This document shows positions 52,641-63,097 of a DNA stretch of 64,000 bases, one piece after another. The notes below the pieces were generated by a model. That model was not told where the DNA came from and did no database searches. It saw only the letters and a list, made by a program, of their open reading frames with translations. The translations under genes and the position numbers were made by a program. Where the stretch lies: positions 304,759 to 368,758 of IMG/VR virus record IMGVR_UViG_3300025162_000016, one strand, 5' to 3'. Every line of letters begins with the position of its first letter. Position 1 is the stretch's first letter.

Positions 52641-52964
52641 TTAAAATCCCACTGGAATCAGTACTGTGTCAAAAAATATGAAGTCGTCAAAAAATAAACG
52701 GAAATGGCCTACTTTAGAAGGTAGACTTAATCACCCACTAACATCTCGGGGCGCTGGCTTGAAGCAAATGAAGGCAAATGGAGATATTTTAACTCCATTA
52801 GCCGAAAAAGAACTGGAAAAATATTTGTCAAAATCAAACAAATCAATTGCGGACTGAACCGTCTGACGGTACGCACTGAAAATAAAAAATGAACTCTTGA
52901 CAAAAACGATAAACTAGTGTAGATTGGAGATAGTTATAAACAAACAGATAGTAATAATAAAATT

Positions 52965-53300
52965 ATGAATAAAAACAGAAATACAGCAAAAATTAATGCA
53001 CAGCAGGGTGATGTAATTCTAAAACGTCTCACGGCTCTCCCATCCGGCGAAGCAAAGCTAATTTCTAAAGGCAAATTGGTCCTTGCGGATGGGGAAAGTA
53101 CCGGGCATTATCACGGATTATTTGAAGAAAACAGTGAATTGCGTCAGTACGGCAACACAATGGTCCTCGATCTAAAAGAGGAAGCGACATTGACTCATCA
53201 AGAGCATGGACCGATTACCTTGGAGCCGGGGTTGTGGGAAGTTGGCAAGGTTCAGGAGTATGATTATTTTGCTCAAATGAAGCGTCCGGTGATGGATTAA
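52965..53300 (+). CDS. QGDV/TGH.H beta-rich protein, usual partner of DUF6745 genes
   Basis: QQGDVIL..LVLADGESTGHYH..LTHQEHGPITL.PG.W.V...QEYD. Confidence 0.75.
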   Translation: MNKNRNTAKINAQQGDVILKRLTALPSGEAKLISKGKLVLADGESTGHYHGLFEENSELRQYGNTMVLDLKEEATLTHQEHGPITLEPGLWEVGKVQEYDYFAQMKRPVMD

Positions 53301-53330
53301 CATATAAATGCGGCAGATTAATTATAAATT

Positions 53331-53549
53331 ATGAGCAATAGTAATAATGTATGCATTAACTGCCGCATTTCCTCAAAACGATATGGGATGATATGTGGAA
53401 AGTGTGGAACAGAGATGGTGGGTATAGGTAAGAAATGGGGGGTGCCGAGGAAGGCTGATATTAAGGGTTGGAGGGATGTAGGGGCTATGGTAAGGGATAT
53501 ATTGGCTGAGAAGGCTAGGACGAGATATGGAGTTAATGCAGTAGAATAA
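53331..53549 (+). CDS. Small Zn-ribbon protein
   Basis: CINCR..CGKCG. Confidence 0.65.
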   Translation: MSNSNNVCINCRISSKRYGMICGKCGTEMVGIGKKWGVPRKADIKGWRDVGAMVRDILAEKARTRYGVNAVE

Positions 53550-53717
53550 ACAAGTTATGACCGACCGAGAATTTGTAACACTGGTTGACAAATTAAAAAA
53601 TGACGAGCCGTTTACTGATAAAGATGAAAAACTTTTGAGATATTGCGTTGAAGAAGGGTTCCTTGAAGTTACAGAAGACGAAGATAATAATAGTTACGAA
53701 TAAATTATGGCAATTAT

Positions 53718-53954
53718 ATGAAGTTTAGAGTTTGGAGTAATAAGTATAAAATGTATCACGATGATGCAATGTGGCCTAATAATCAACGGTCGATGCAACT
53801 ATTCTTTTTAGATCCGAATGGAAAGCTGCATGAGATGGTATGGTTTAGTGATACACCGGGGGAGTGTCTTACTGAGGTAACCATTGATAAAAATGATTAT
53901 GTTGTGGAACTAATAGGTGGTGGCAAGAAAAAAAGTAAACATGAAAAACTTTGA
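53718..53954 (+). CDS. Hypothetical protein (YopX-like N-terminus)
   Basis: MKFRVW; flanked by ~94-bp direct repeats. Confidence 0.55.
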   Translation: MKFRVWSNKYKMYHDDAMWPNNQRSMQLFFLDPNGKLHEMVWFSDTPGECLTEVTIDKNDYVVELIGGGKKKSKHEKL

Positions 53955-54022
53955 GATATTGCGTTGAAGAAGGCTTCCTTGAAGTTACAGAAGACGAAGA
54001 TAATAATAGTTACGAATAAGTT

Positions 54023-54586
54023 ATGGCAATTATACTACCGACACCAAAAGACCGCAGTTTAATATTTAGCAAAACCGTCAATAATGACAGTGTTGCTGAA
54101 CTGACAAAAACACTGCTTGATATTAGCACCGATGATGCGTATATCTCAAAAATATATAATGTTCATGATATTGCATACAAACCGCAACCCATCAAAATTC
54201 ATATTGATAGTTATGGTGGATCAGTATATCAAGGATTAGGTCTTTTGAATATAATGAAGAACTGTACCACCCCAATTCATACCATTGTTACGGGGTGTGC
54301 TATGAGTTGTGGATTTTTGATCTCTATCAGTGGGCATAAACGATTTGCTTATCAACATTCAACTTTTATGTACCATCAAGTAGCAAGTTATGAGTTTGGA
54401 AAGTTGAAAGATATTGAGGATGGAGTTATAGAAACAAAACGATTGCAACATATCATCGAACAACATACAATTAGCCAGACGAAAATTCCTATTGCCAAAT
54501 TAACTGAGGTTTACAATAAAAAAGAAGATTGGTATATGGACTCGAAGCAAGCTCTTAAACTAGGGGTAATTGATGAAATTATATAA
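54023..54586 (+). CDS. clpP: ClpP-like serine protease
   Basis: IDSYGGSV, GCAMSCG, FMYHQ, WYM....A..LG.IDEII. Confidence 0.9.
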   Translation: MAIILPTPKDRSLIFSKTVNNDSVAELTKTLLDISTDDAYISKIYNVHDIAYKPQPIKIHIDSYGGSVYQGLGLLNIMKNCTTPIHTIVTGCAMSCGFLISISGHKRFAYQHSTFMYHQVASYEFGKLKDIEDGVIETKRLQHIIEQHTISQTKIPIAKLTEVYNKKEDWYMDSKQALKLGVIDEII

Positions 54587-54617
54587 ATGTTTTTAGAAAC
54601 TAAATTTCGACTGTGAT

Positions 54618-55766
54618 ATGGCATCTACACGATATGTAAGAAGAAATATGATTGAAGAAGGATTATACGACAATGAACCGAGTTATGTAAGGGCAACCAT
54701 ATACGAACGAGTATTTGGAAAAGTCCCTTTTGCCGGGTTTGAAGCTCATGATTTTTTGGTCTGCCGAGAGAAACTTCAGGAGTGGATTAATAGTAATGGA
54801 TTTACATTGCTTCATGCTAAATTAGCGGTTTATCATGATGATGGAGAAGAGCGACTTACTCGATATTACGTTAATAATGAGACCAAGGTAATGATTACCC
54901 TACGTCGTAGTTATAACAATCCGGATATGGAACGAGATGTTTTAATTAGCGACGGTGATCCCAGTGACCGAAACAAGAATCCCAATAAATTCGTATGGCT
55001 TTCTTATTATGGGCCGACTGAAGAAATTACTTTAGCATTTAAAAAAGTAATGGATGGTCTTCGGATTAAAGAAGATACCAAGAATAAGTTATACATGCTT
55101 AAATCGACGGATTATGGTGGGTTGGAATTAGATTCGTTTCCAACTAACTGTGAAAATATATCATTGGAGTTAAATTATGGAAAGGCTTTTGCAAAAGTGC
55201 ATAAGCATATTATAGAAAATCTTACAGGTAAGAAATCGGGGTTGTATATTTTTCATGGACCACCAGGCACTGGGAAAACTTCTATAATTAAATATCTTAC
55301 TACTATAGTAGAAACCAGAAAGTTTATTTTTGTTCCCAATACATTAATTTCGGAATTGTTTTCCCCCAAATTAGTTGACAAATTATATGCATTTAAGAAT
55401 TCGGTATTAGTTCTTGAAGATGCTGAGATTTGTGTATTTAAACGGAATGGACAAAATAATGAATTGGTCTCGGGAATTCTCAATATTACAGATGGATTAT
55501 TGAAAGATTTATTAAATATTTCTATTATCGTAACATTTAATTCCGCAGATATTGATGAGTTAGATACTGCTCTGTTGAGAAAAGGACGACTCAAAGTGAT
55601 TCATAAGTTTGATTTACTTTCAATTGAAGAATCTAAAAAACTGGCTAAACATTTGAAGAAGAAGAAAGAAGTTACTAAATCACTATCGTTAGCCGATATT
55701 TATAATTTAGATGAGGAAACCGGTGTAGAAGATGTTCCTGAGAAAAAAGTTGGATTTGGCGGATAA
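54618..55766 (+). CDS. AAA+ ATPase
   Basis: Walker A GPPGTGKT, Walker B VLEDAE, D.ALLRKGRL. Confidence 0.9.
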   Translation: MASTRYVRRNMIEEGLYDNEPSYVRATIYERVFGKVPFAGFEAHDFLVCREKLQEWINSNGFTLLHAKLAVYHDDGEERLTRYYVNNETKVMITLRRSYNNPDMERDVLISDGDPSDRNKNPNKFVWLSYYGPTEEITLAFKKVMDGLRIKEDTKNKLYMLKSTDYGGLELDSFPTNCENISLELNYGKAFAKVHKHIIENLTGKKSGLYIFHGPPGTGKTSIIKYLTTIVETRKFIFVPNTLISELFSPKLVDKLYAFKNSVLVLEDAEICVFKRNGQNNELVSGILNITDGLLKDLLNISIIVTFNSADIDELDTALLRKGRLKVIHKFDLLSIEESKKLAKHLKKKKEVTKSLSLADIYNLDEETGVEDVPEKKVGFGG

Positions 55767-55812
55767 ATGTGTTTTTTAAAATTTGAAACGATATTTAAAT
55801 GTGGCAAGAAGT

Positions 55813-55885
55813 CGCAGGGCTGCTGGGTGCAGAGTTGTTTTTCATATGAATGACGTGGTGGGTTCGAACCCCATATCTGCGACCA
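55813..55885 (+). tRNA. tRNA-Met/Ile(CAT)-like, atypical
   Basis: T-arm GTGGG-TTCGAAC-CCCAT, loop TTCATAT, ACCA end; weak D-arm and wobble-rich stems. Confidence 0.55.
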
Positions 55886-55895
55886 AATTTTACAT

Positions 55896-55969
55896 GCATC
55901 ATTAGCATAAAAGTAATGTCCGAGTTTTCCAAACTCGTAAAGTCGGGGCAGTACCGACATGGTGCTCCA
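55896..55969 (+). tRNA. tRNA-Gly(TCC)
   Basis: Acceptor GCATCAT/ATGGTGC, U73-CCA, anticodon arm CGAGT-TTTCCAA-ACTCG; T-loop GGCAGTA. Confidence 0.85.
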
Positions 55970-56102
55970 AATTATTAATAACGGTGACTAGTTCACCTCA
56001 TGCTTGGTAATTTAAAAAAAAAATAGCGAATTGATAAATCGCAAATGCTGGCTCTAATCCAGTCCAAGTATATTTTAATTTTTTTCTGATATAGTTAGCC
56101 CT

Positions 56103-56576
56103 ATGATTACGTATATAGAATTAAATGCGGTATTAACAGATAGCGGAATTCGTCAAGAGGCAATTCAAATCTTCGATGAGGAATTTGTTCTTCCGACCTC
56201 CCATTGGATAACGCACGATTTAGGCGCATCTCTAGATAAATTTTTCTTCGATACCGGAATAAAATTTGGATATAACCAATATGAATGTAATAAGTTTGCT
56301 AAAACTGCAACTACAATAGCGGATTGGTCTTGGGCTAAAACTAAAACCCGAGACGTCGCATTGGCATTTGGTATGTTTGGTTATATTGGAGGCGTGGATG
56401 GGCATATGATTAATATTGCCGTTCACAGAGATTCCGCCAGCAAATTATATTTAGCTTTTTACGAACCTCAACCCTTTGTTGCCGAAGGTGAAATGGCATC
56501 TCGACTTGTATGTTTAACTCAAAAAACTCTTTCAAAAGAAGATATTCGGTCTTGTATCTCGTGCTTATTTTTATAA
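56103..56576 (+). CDS. Putative Cys-protease/transglutaminase-like (agglutinin C-terminal-like) protein
   Basis: ECNKFA...GHMIN....FYEPQ. Confidence 0.55.
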   Translation: MITYIELNAVLTDSGIRQEAIQIFDEEFVLPTSHWITHDLGASLDKFFFDTGIKFGYNQYECNKFAKTATTIADWSWAKTKTRDVALAFGMFGYIGGVDGHMINIAVHRDSASKLYLAFYEPQPFVAEGEMASRLVCLTQKTLSKEDIRSCISCLFL

Positions 56577-56767
56577 GCTTTCTATCAGTAACGGGATGTA
56601 CAACTACTTCCCCTACAGTAAATTTACCTCCGGTTGAATTTACCGAGTGAACTATATTTATATTTTGTCATATCCCCGCCGCCTCTAGGCTGTACAGTAA
56701 CGACAGTTAATGCGTAATTGCGGGGATTTTATATTGGACCATCGTAACTCCAACTGGTACTATTAGA

Positions 56768-57030
56768 ATAGTTACCTGTTCTATTGAAATTTATTCTCGC
56801 TAAATTTAGGTTTTTAAAACACTCGGGACTATAAGCTCCGTGCTGAAAATATTTCTATTCTCATCTTTTTGTTAGCCAATTAACCTATGTTTATTAATAT
56901 TCTTCACCGGAAAAATATATTAAAACAAGCGATTTATTGACAGAATTTCACTTCGGTTGCAGTTTTAATGTTGACGCAGTGGACACCACCTACTCGTCAA
57001 CCCACAACTGTTTATTTTATTAGAACTGAA
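56768..57030 (-). ncRNA. Putative scaffold RNA copy C (full length, no CRISPR repeat)
   Basis: Reverse complement of 63740-64000; promoter at ~57034-57061. Confidence 0.6.
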
Positions 57031-57104
57031 GTTACTATAGCAGAATTTCTATAAATGTCAACATTTTTCAATAAAATGTTTGCTCTTTTCTGATACTTAT
57101 AAAC

Positions 57105-57605
57105 ATGAAAACAAAATTTATATTTCTTATAATAAGTTTCTTACTGTTGGTAGGATGTAACACCGTTCCTAGTTTTACTTCTAATAATATTCTTAATTTA
57201 AGAGTGGTAGATGCTTCTCAAAACATACTGAGAGGTGGTCAACCAGATGCGAAGGGATTTATATATTTGAAATCACTTGGTATAACTAATATTATTAAAC
57301 TTAATTTAGAAGATAATGAGGATGCGGAGGCAACTGCATTAGGAATGACGGTGGTTTATATTCCTATTAACACATATGATCAGGTAATTCATTTGGAAAA
57401 GTGGAAGTTCGAGGTTGCGGTAATTGCTATAACTCCGAACACTTTCATTCATTGTGCGCATGGACAAGATCGAACTGGGTTGGTTGTAGCGGGATATAGG
57501 ATGGCGAATGGAATGTCTAAAGCAGATGCAGAAAAAGAAATGCTGGCGAATGGATTTCACAAAGAATTGATTGGGTTATGGGGATTTTTTAAAAAAATAA
57601 ATTAA
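57105..57605 (+). CDS. Tyrosine/dual-specificity phosphatase lipoprotein
   Basis: HCAHGQDRTG P-loop; lipobox LLVGC. Confidence 0.85.
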   Translation: MKTKFIFLIISFLLLVGCNTVPSFTSNNILNLRVVDASQNILRGGQPDAKGFIYLKSLGITNIIKLNLEDNEDAEATALGMTVVYIPINTYDQVIHLEKWKFEVAVIAITPNTFIHCAHGQDRTGLVVAGYRMANGMSKADAEKEMLANGFHKELIGLWGFFKKIN

Positions 57606-57638
57606 TGATTTATCTTTTTCTGTTGATATTTAAGATAT

Positions 57639-59357
57639 ATGACAGAAAAACAATCACTCCCATCAAGCGTTTATAATTGGAAGAGACAAAAGCCAGATTC
57701 TCGTGATTATAAATTTGCAGAAATACCTTCGGTGAAACGATTAAAAGTAACAACTCCACCACCGGTTGTTAATTTACGAAAATGGTGTTCTGAAGTAGAA
57801 AATCAAAAATCTTTAGGTAGTTGTTTTACCGGCGATACTTTAATTCCTCTTTTGAATGGAAAGATAGCTACACTGAAAGAACTTACAGATGGGATGTATG
57901 GGAAAACTTTTTGGGTATATGGAAATAAAAATGGAAGAATGGTTCCTGCGTTAGCATCCGCATCTCTTACACAGTATATCGCACCCATTTATAATGTCAC
58001 ATTAGATAATGGGAGAACAATAAAATGTACTGCTGATCATCAGTTTTTGATGCGAGATGGTAATTACAAAAAAGCAATGGAATTAGTATCTGGGGATAGT
58101 TTAATGTCATTTAGAAGAAAATATAATAAATTGGGATATGAGTATGTTTTTTGCCACAGTGACCACAAATATCATCTTACACATTGGTTAGTCGGAAGTT
58201 ATATACATGATTATTCTGTTAATAAAAATGGAGTAGAAGTGATACATCATAAGGATTTTATTAAAAATAATAATACTCCGGAAAATTTGGTAGGAATGAC
58301 AATACAAGAACATTCAATATATCAAAATAAAACGGCGGAATGTAAATTAAAACGTTTTATCGCAGCGAAAAATAGATGGAAAGATATAACGCCGGAAGCT
58401 ATGAGTCGTGTTGTAGATTCCGCAGAAATACGTTTGGGGGCAGTGGGAACACGAAGTCAGATAGCAAAAACAGCAAACGAGGTATTTCTTAAATGTGGAA
58501 ATATTTCTAAAGAACAATGGGAAACGACGGACGTAACAAAACGATTTAAGTTTGAAACGGCGATGAAATATTTTGGAAACCAAGACGAGTTATTGATTGC
58601 TGCACAAAATTATAATCATAAAGTCGTATCGGTCATTAATAGTAATACATCCGAAGATGTTTATTGTCTCACGGTACCAGATACTCAAAATTTTGCACTT
58701 AATGATGGAGTTTATGTTCATAATTGTACCGGCCAGGCGTGGGTGGGTTTAATGGAGTGGCATGAGAATTTCATGGGAAGAGGAGGAAAGGCATTTCAAA
58801 ATCTTAGTCGGTTGTTTGTTTATTATAATGAACGGGAACTTGAAGGAACCATCAATGAGGATGCCGGTGCCGAATTAAGAAGTGGAGCAAAAGCATTGGC
58901 TACGTGGGGGGTTTGTTATGAAAAAAGTTGGCCTTATAACATTGATACTTTCACACAAAAACCAAGTCCAATATGTTATCAGGATGGAGCTATTCATAAA
59001 ATTAATAGTTATTATTCTATCAGTACATTTAATCATCTTAAAATGTGTTTGGCAAACAATTTGCCGGTGGTATTTGGATTTATGGTATATTCGAGTTTTG
59101 ATTCCGATGTGGTTGCTAAAACCGGTATAGCTTCTATGCCAGATATTAAAAACGAGGAATTGCTGGGGGGACACGCCGCAATGATTGTGGGATATAATAA
59201 TTATGAGAAGCGATTTTTAGTAAGAAATTCGTGGGGGAAAAATTGGGGACTTAAAGGAATTAATGCCGGTTATTTTACGCTTCCCTACGATTATGTGGCT
59301 AATCCCAATCTTGCCAGTGATTTTTGGACGGTGGTTCGTATTGTCGAAGACGCATGA
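57639..59357 (+). CDS. C1 (papain) family cysteine peptidase interrupted by an intein
   Basis: Q..LGS|C, LSRLFVYYNER, GGHA..IVGY, VRNSWG..WG..GYF. Confidence 0.9.
   Translation: MTEKQSLPSSVYNWKRQKPDSRDYKFAEIPSVKRLKVTTPPPVVNLRKWCSEVENQKSLGSCFTGDTLIPLLNGKIATLKELTDGMYGKTFWVYGNKNGRMVPALASASLTQYIAPIYNVTLDNGRTIKCTADHQFLMRDGNYKKAMELVSGDSLMSFRRKYNKLGYEYVFCHSDHKYHLTHWLVGSYIHDYSVNKNGVEVIHHKDFIKNNNTPENLVGMTIQEHSIYQNKTAECKLKRFIAAKNRWKDITPEAMSRVVDSAEIRLGAVGTRSQIAKTANEVFLKCGNISKEQWETTDVTKRFKFETAMKYFGNQDELLIAAQNYNHKVVSVINSNTSEDVYCLTVPDTQNFALNDGVYVHNCTGQAWVGLMEWHENFMGRGGKAFQNLSRLFVYYNERELEGTINEDAGAELRSGAKALATWGVCYEKSWPYNIDTFTQKPSPICYQDGAIHKINSYYSISTFNHLKMCLANNLPVVFGFMVYSSFDSDVVAKTGIASMPDIKNEELLGGHAAMIVGYNNYEKRFLVRNSWGKNWGLKGINAGYFTLPYDYVANPNLASDFWTVVRIVEDA
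57822..58724 (+). mobile_element. Intein (301 aa) with HNH homing endonuclease
   Basis: Starts CFTGDT, block B CTADH, IHHKDF.K.NN.PENL, ends VYCLTV...VHN|C. Confidence 0.9.
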
Positions 59358-59893
59358 AAATAGCGTTTTATAAAGGAACTAGTTGGTTTAGTAAAGCAAT
59401 CATGCGAATTTCCCGTGGGGGTTATTCTCATGCGGCGGTTCAATTAAACGACGGAACCATTGTTGAAGCGGGTGTAAAAAATGGGGTATGTCTGAGAAAA
59501 AGTTTATTGGACGACGTGGATATTAATACTACGGTCGATGTATTTGATGTTCAAACTACGCCGGAAGAAGATGAAATTATTTGTGATTTCTTGATTCGAC
59601 AAATGGGGAAGGGGTATGATTTCTGGAATATAATTGGGTTTGTATTATATTCATCTAAAGAAGGAAGAAAAGGATATGATCGGTGGTTTTGTAGTGAATT
59701 GGTAGTGGCGGCTTTTCGACAAGCCGGAATCAATCTACTCACACGAGTTGACGCATGGAAAATATCACCCACGATTTTATCTTATAGTCCTCTCCTAAAA
59801 AGCGGACAGAGAATGCAGATTACAAAAAGTAAACGATTCGGTGGCATAAAACACTCAAATTCAATACATACGACAACTGAAAACTTAGGATAA
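59354..59893 (+). CDS. Permuted papain-like NlpC/P60 (YiiX/YebB-like) protein
   Basis: YSHAA..EA, GKGYD, WFCSELV, ISP. Confidence 0.85.
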   Translation: MKIAFYKGTSWFSKAIMRISRGGYSHAAVQLNDGTIVEAGVKNGVCLRKSLLDDVDINTTVDVFDVQTTPEEDEIICDFLIRQMGKGYDFWNIIGFVLYSSKEGRKGYDRWFCSELVVAAFRQAGINLLTRVDAWKISPTILSYSPLLKSGQRMQITKSKRFGGIKHSNSIHTTTENLG

Positions 59894-59976
59894 TAGTTTA
59901 TTTGCGGGCACAAGGACATCATTTTAATGGTTTTTGAATAATTTGAACTATTTATAGGATGAACTATAGATAAAAT

Positions 59977-61368
59977 ATGCATATCATTACACCGTATAAT
60001 CCGTGGGCTCCTAAAAAGAAAAAAACTTGGCAGGAAGAGTTGTGGGAACAGCAAACCATTGCGGAGGCTGAAGCAAGAATGTTAGCAGAAGCTAGTAGCA
60101 GGACATTACCCAATAATTCTCCTAATACTTCAATGGCAACGGTTGGACCAATGGCAAATACTATGGCAGGCGGTGGCGGTAAACCCGTTTATGCATTTTT
60201 TAGCGCCGGTTCAGACGTGGTAAATTTCGATCGGAGTCCTGCTAGTGGAGATGGCCCAGTCACGGTCAATTTTATAAATTTAACTACAACTCCTCAGTTC
60301 GATTCATATAAATGGAGATTTAGTGATAATACTACTAGTACGGATGTAAATCCGGTTCATATATTTCAAAGCGGAAGTACTAATTCAACCATTTATATCG
60401 CATCGTTGGAAGTAAGTAATTCTGTAACCGGTGCGCCGGGTGGAAGAAGTCCAGATGTTTTTATTGTGGTAGGAGTTCCTAGTGTAACTGCCAGTTATAC
60501 GTATACAACTACATCCAAGGTAGCGCCTTTCTCGGCGTCGTTTACTAATACTTCGATTAATACAAGTCAAACAAAAACGACTTCGTATGTTTGGATAATC
60601 AAAAACGACAATAATACATACACGTCTACGGCGACCGATTTTGAGGTTAGAATTGATAGTGGAAGTGTTACCGCATCGCTCGGAATGACTGGATCGTATG
60701 GATTAACTAGTTTGACTAATTCAATGTTTAAGGCGGCAGCACCCACATTATTAGTATCCTACACCGTGGTCACTTCGTCTAAATATGCTCCCGCTAATGT
60801 AACGTTATCAAGTTCATATAGCTATACCGGAATCGGAACTCTTAGTGGACTCTGGCGTGAAGGAGAGTATCAGGAAAATGGCACGGAATATGTGGTTGGA
60901 TATCCCGGTGCAAAAGTTATTGGGCCGGAAGTTTTCAATACGAAATCGATTTCGGGCGGTGATGGAAAATTCACCTCATCATTAGCAATTACTGAGTCTA
61001 TATACGGAATTACCGCTTTCTATACTCAGAGTTTCCAGCTTAAATTGCCAACGTTGGAACTGTCATTCGTCACTCGTTCATTTGGTAACGGTGGAATAGA
61101 GAATTCTTATATGGAGCCGGTTTCAATGTCGTACACTTCGAGTATCGTTACGGAAGGTATGTATGGGGCGAATTACACATTCCTTTGGGATTTCGGTGCG
61201 GCAAGTTTCACAAACTCTCAAGGAGTTTATGCTGGGACTGCAACAACTCAAGGACCGCATTTCCGATCTGATTATGCTCCCGGTTCATACACGGCATCAC
61301 TGGAAGTTACATCGAGCATTTATGGATTGTCGGTGAGATCAACTCAAAGTTTCGTTGTCGGATCTTAA
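59977..61368 (+). CDS. PKD-domain Ser/Thr-rich protein (probable virion surface protein)
   Basis: SGDGPVTVNF...YKWRF.D...ST..NP.H.F; WDFG; YTASLEV. Confidence 0.75.
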   Translation: MHIITPYNPWAPKKKKTWQEELWEQQTIAEAEARMLAEASSRTLPNNSPNTSMATVGPMANTMAGGGGKPVYAFFSAGSDVVNFDRSPASGDGPVTVNFINLTTTPQFDSYKWRFSDNTTSTDVNPVHIFQSGSTNSTIYIASLEVSNSVTGAPGGRSPDVFIVVGVPSVTASYTYTTTSKVAPFSASFTNTSINTSQTKTTSYVWIIKNDNNTYTSTATDFEVRIDSGSVTASLGMTGSYGLTSLTNSMFKAAAPTLLVSYTVVTSSKYAPANVTLSSSYSYTGIGTLSGLWREGEYQENGTEYVVGYPGAKVIGPEVFNTKSISGGDGKFTSSLAITESIYGITAFYTQSFQLKLPTLELSFVTRSFGNGGIENSYMEPVSMSYTSSIVTEGMYGANYTFLWDFGAASFTNSQGVYAGTATTQGPHFRSDYAPGSYTASLEVTSSIYGLSVRSTQSFVVGS

Positions 61369-61499
61369 TTTAAACACTCATTATAAAATCAAAGACAAGG
61401 CGTTAGTAAAATAACGCCTTTTCTTTTTTGTAACATAATCGTAACATAGATTCATCAATTTCGTTTGCGGTTCTTCATAGTTATTTGCAAATTAAAATT

Positions 61500-62186
61500 A
61501 TGATGAAAAATCTAAAAGTATATGTTTATGTCGCCGCCCTGATCATGGTCGGTGTTTTTAATGTTAATGCTCAAACTAATGTTGTATCAACGGGTTCCAC
61601 AAATAAACCTGTACATAAAACATTTAAAACCTTTGATTTGAGTAATTTCGTCTTTACAGTTGAAAACGAGTTCCGTGCTAAAGACACGGGCACCTCCTTC
61701 TTCTATGAACATAATGATATTCAAGCTAAATATCTTTTGATAGACAAATATTTTGATATCTTCACTGATTATCGACTTATTTTTAAAAACAGTGCCGAAG
61801 GTAATAATTGGAAAAATCAAAGTATGTTTCTTGAAGGCTTTAATATAAAATATCCCGAACAAACGTGGGGTAAAATTAACCTCCGTCAACGACTTGAAAT
61901 TGGACTGAACCATGCTCCTACAAAAGACACTTATCAGTGGAATGTGTTTCCCAAATATAATACCCCATGGAAACTTACTAAATATGAAATCAATCCATTC
62001 GTAGCCGATGAATCCTTCTTTGACACCCAGCAATCTATGGGCTTTGTAAAAAATCGAGTCTATGCTGGTATAGATTATAAGTTTACTCCCAAAATCAAAG
62101 GTGGTACTTGGTACTACTATGAAACCGCTGCTCATTCATCATCAACCGCAAATGTCCTCGTTACCCAGATTAAATTCGAATTTTAA
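61500..62186 (+). CDS. Outer-membrane beta-barrel (DUF2490-like)
   Basis: Signal peptide, R.RLE, PFVADE.F, NRVYAG, terminal Phe. Confidence 0.7.
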   Translation: MMKNLKVYVYVAALIMVGVFNVNAQTNVVSTGSTNKPVHKTFKTFDLSNFVFTVENEFRAKDTGTSFFYEHNDIQAKYLLIDKYFDIFTDYRLIFKNSAEGNNWKNQSMFLEGFNIKYPEQTWGKINLRQRLEIGLNHAPTKDTYQWNVFPKYNTPWKLTKYEINPFVADESFFDTQQSMGFVKNRVYAGIDYKFTPKIKGGTWYYYETAAHSSSTANVLVTQIKFEF

Positions 62187-62192
62187 ATTAAT

Positions 62193-63068
62193 ATGAAATA
62201 TCTTTTTATAAGTGCTATTCTCAGTCTGTTAATGGTAGGTTGTAATAAATCTAATAACATCGTGACAACCCCAACCACTACCATCCAAGTAAAAGGCTCA
62301 GATACAATGGTTAATCTGGCTCAAGCATGGGCAGAAGAATATGTAAAAACAAATCCTGCCATCAATGTGGAGGTTTGTGGCGGCGGGTCTGGTGTTGGTA
62401 TTGCTGCCCTCGAAAAGGGAATCATTGATATAGCGAATAGTAGCCGTAATATGAAACCCGACGAAATTGATGCTACTAAAAAAATAACAGGTAAGTTACC
62501 AGTGGAGTTCGTAGTCGGTTATGACGCTCTTGGTGTATATGTTCATATTGATAATCCCATTAATGAAATTACCATCGAACAACTCGCCCAAATCTATGTG
62601 GCAAATGGTAAAATTAATAAATGGTCGGATATTGGTATCAAAATTCCCAATGGAGAAGATAACATTGTCCTCGTCAATAGACAATCTAGTTCGGGAACAT
62701 ATGAGTTCTTCAGAGAACATGTTCTAAACAAAAAAGACTTCCGCCTCGGTTCGAGGGATATGAATGGTTCAAAAGAAGTGGTTGAATTAGTTTCATTTAC
62801 AAAAGCCGCTATCGGCTATAGTGGTATGGGGTATAATATACCGGGAAAAGTAAAAATGTTGAAAATAGCTAAAGCTGCCGGTATCCCATCCGTCGAACCT
62901 ACAATGATAAATGCATTAAATAAATCATACCCTCTATCTCGTTCACTATTATGTTATACTCTAGGAGAACCCGCTGGTGAACTGAAAAAATATCTTGATT
63001 GGTGCGTATCTCCTCCCGGTCAAAAAATAGTAGAACAAACGGGATATGTTCCACTCCCAATTAAATGA
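62193..63068 (+). CDS. pstS: Phosphate ABC transporter substrate-binding protein
   Basis: KGSDTM, GGGSGVGI, SSR, R..SSGTYEFF, YPLSR.L; lipobox. Confidence 0.93.
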   Translation: MKYLFISAILSLLMVGCNKSNNIVTTPTTTIQVKGSDTMVNLAQAWAEEYVKTNPAINVEVCGGGSGVGIAALEKGIIDIANSSRNMKPDEIDATKKITGKLPVEFVVGYDALGVYVHIDNPINEITIEQLAQIYVANGKINKWSDIGIKIPNGEDNIVLVNRQSSSGTYEFFREHVLNKKDFRLGSRDMNGSKEVVELVSFTKAAIGYSGMGYNIPGKVKMLKIAKAAGIPSVEPTMINALNKSYPLSRSLLCYTLGEPAGELKKYLDWCVSPPGQKIVEQTGYVPLPIK

Positions 63069-63097
63069 GCGGCAATTATCATTTTGTTTCTATTTAT

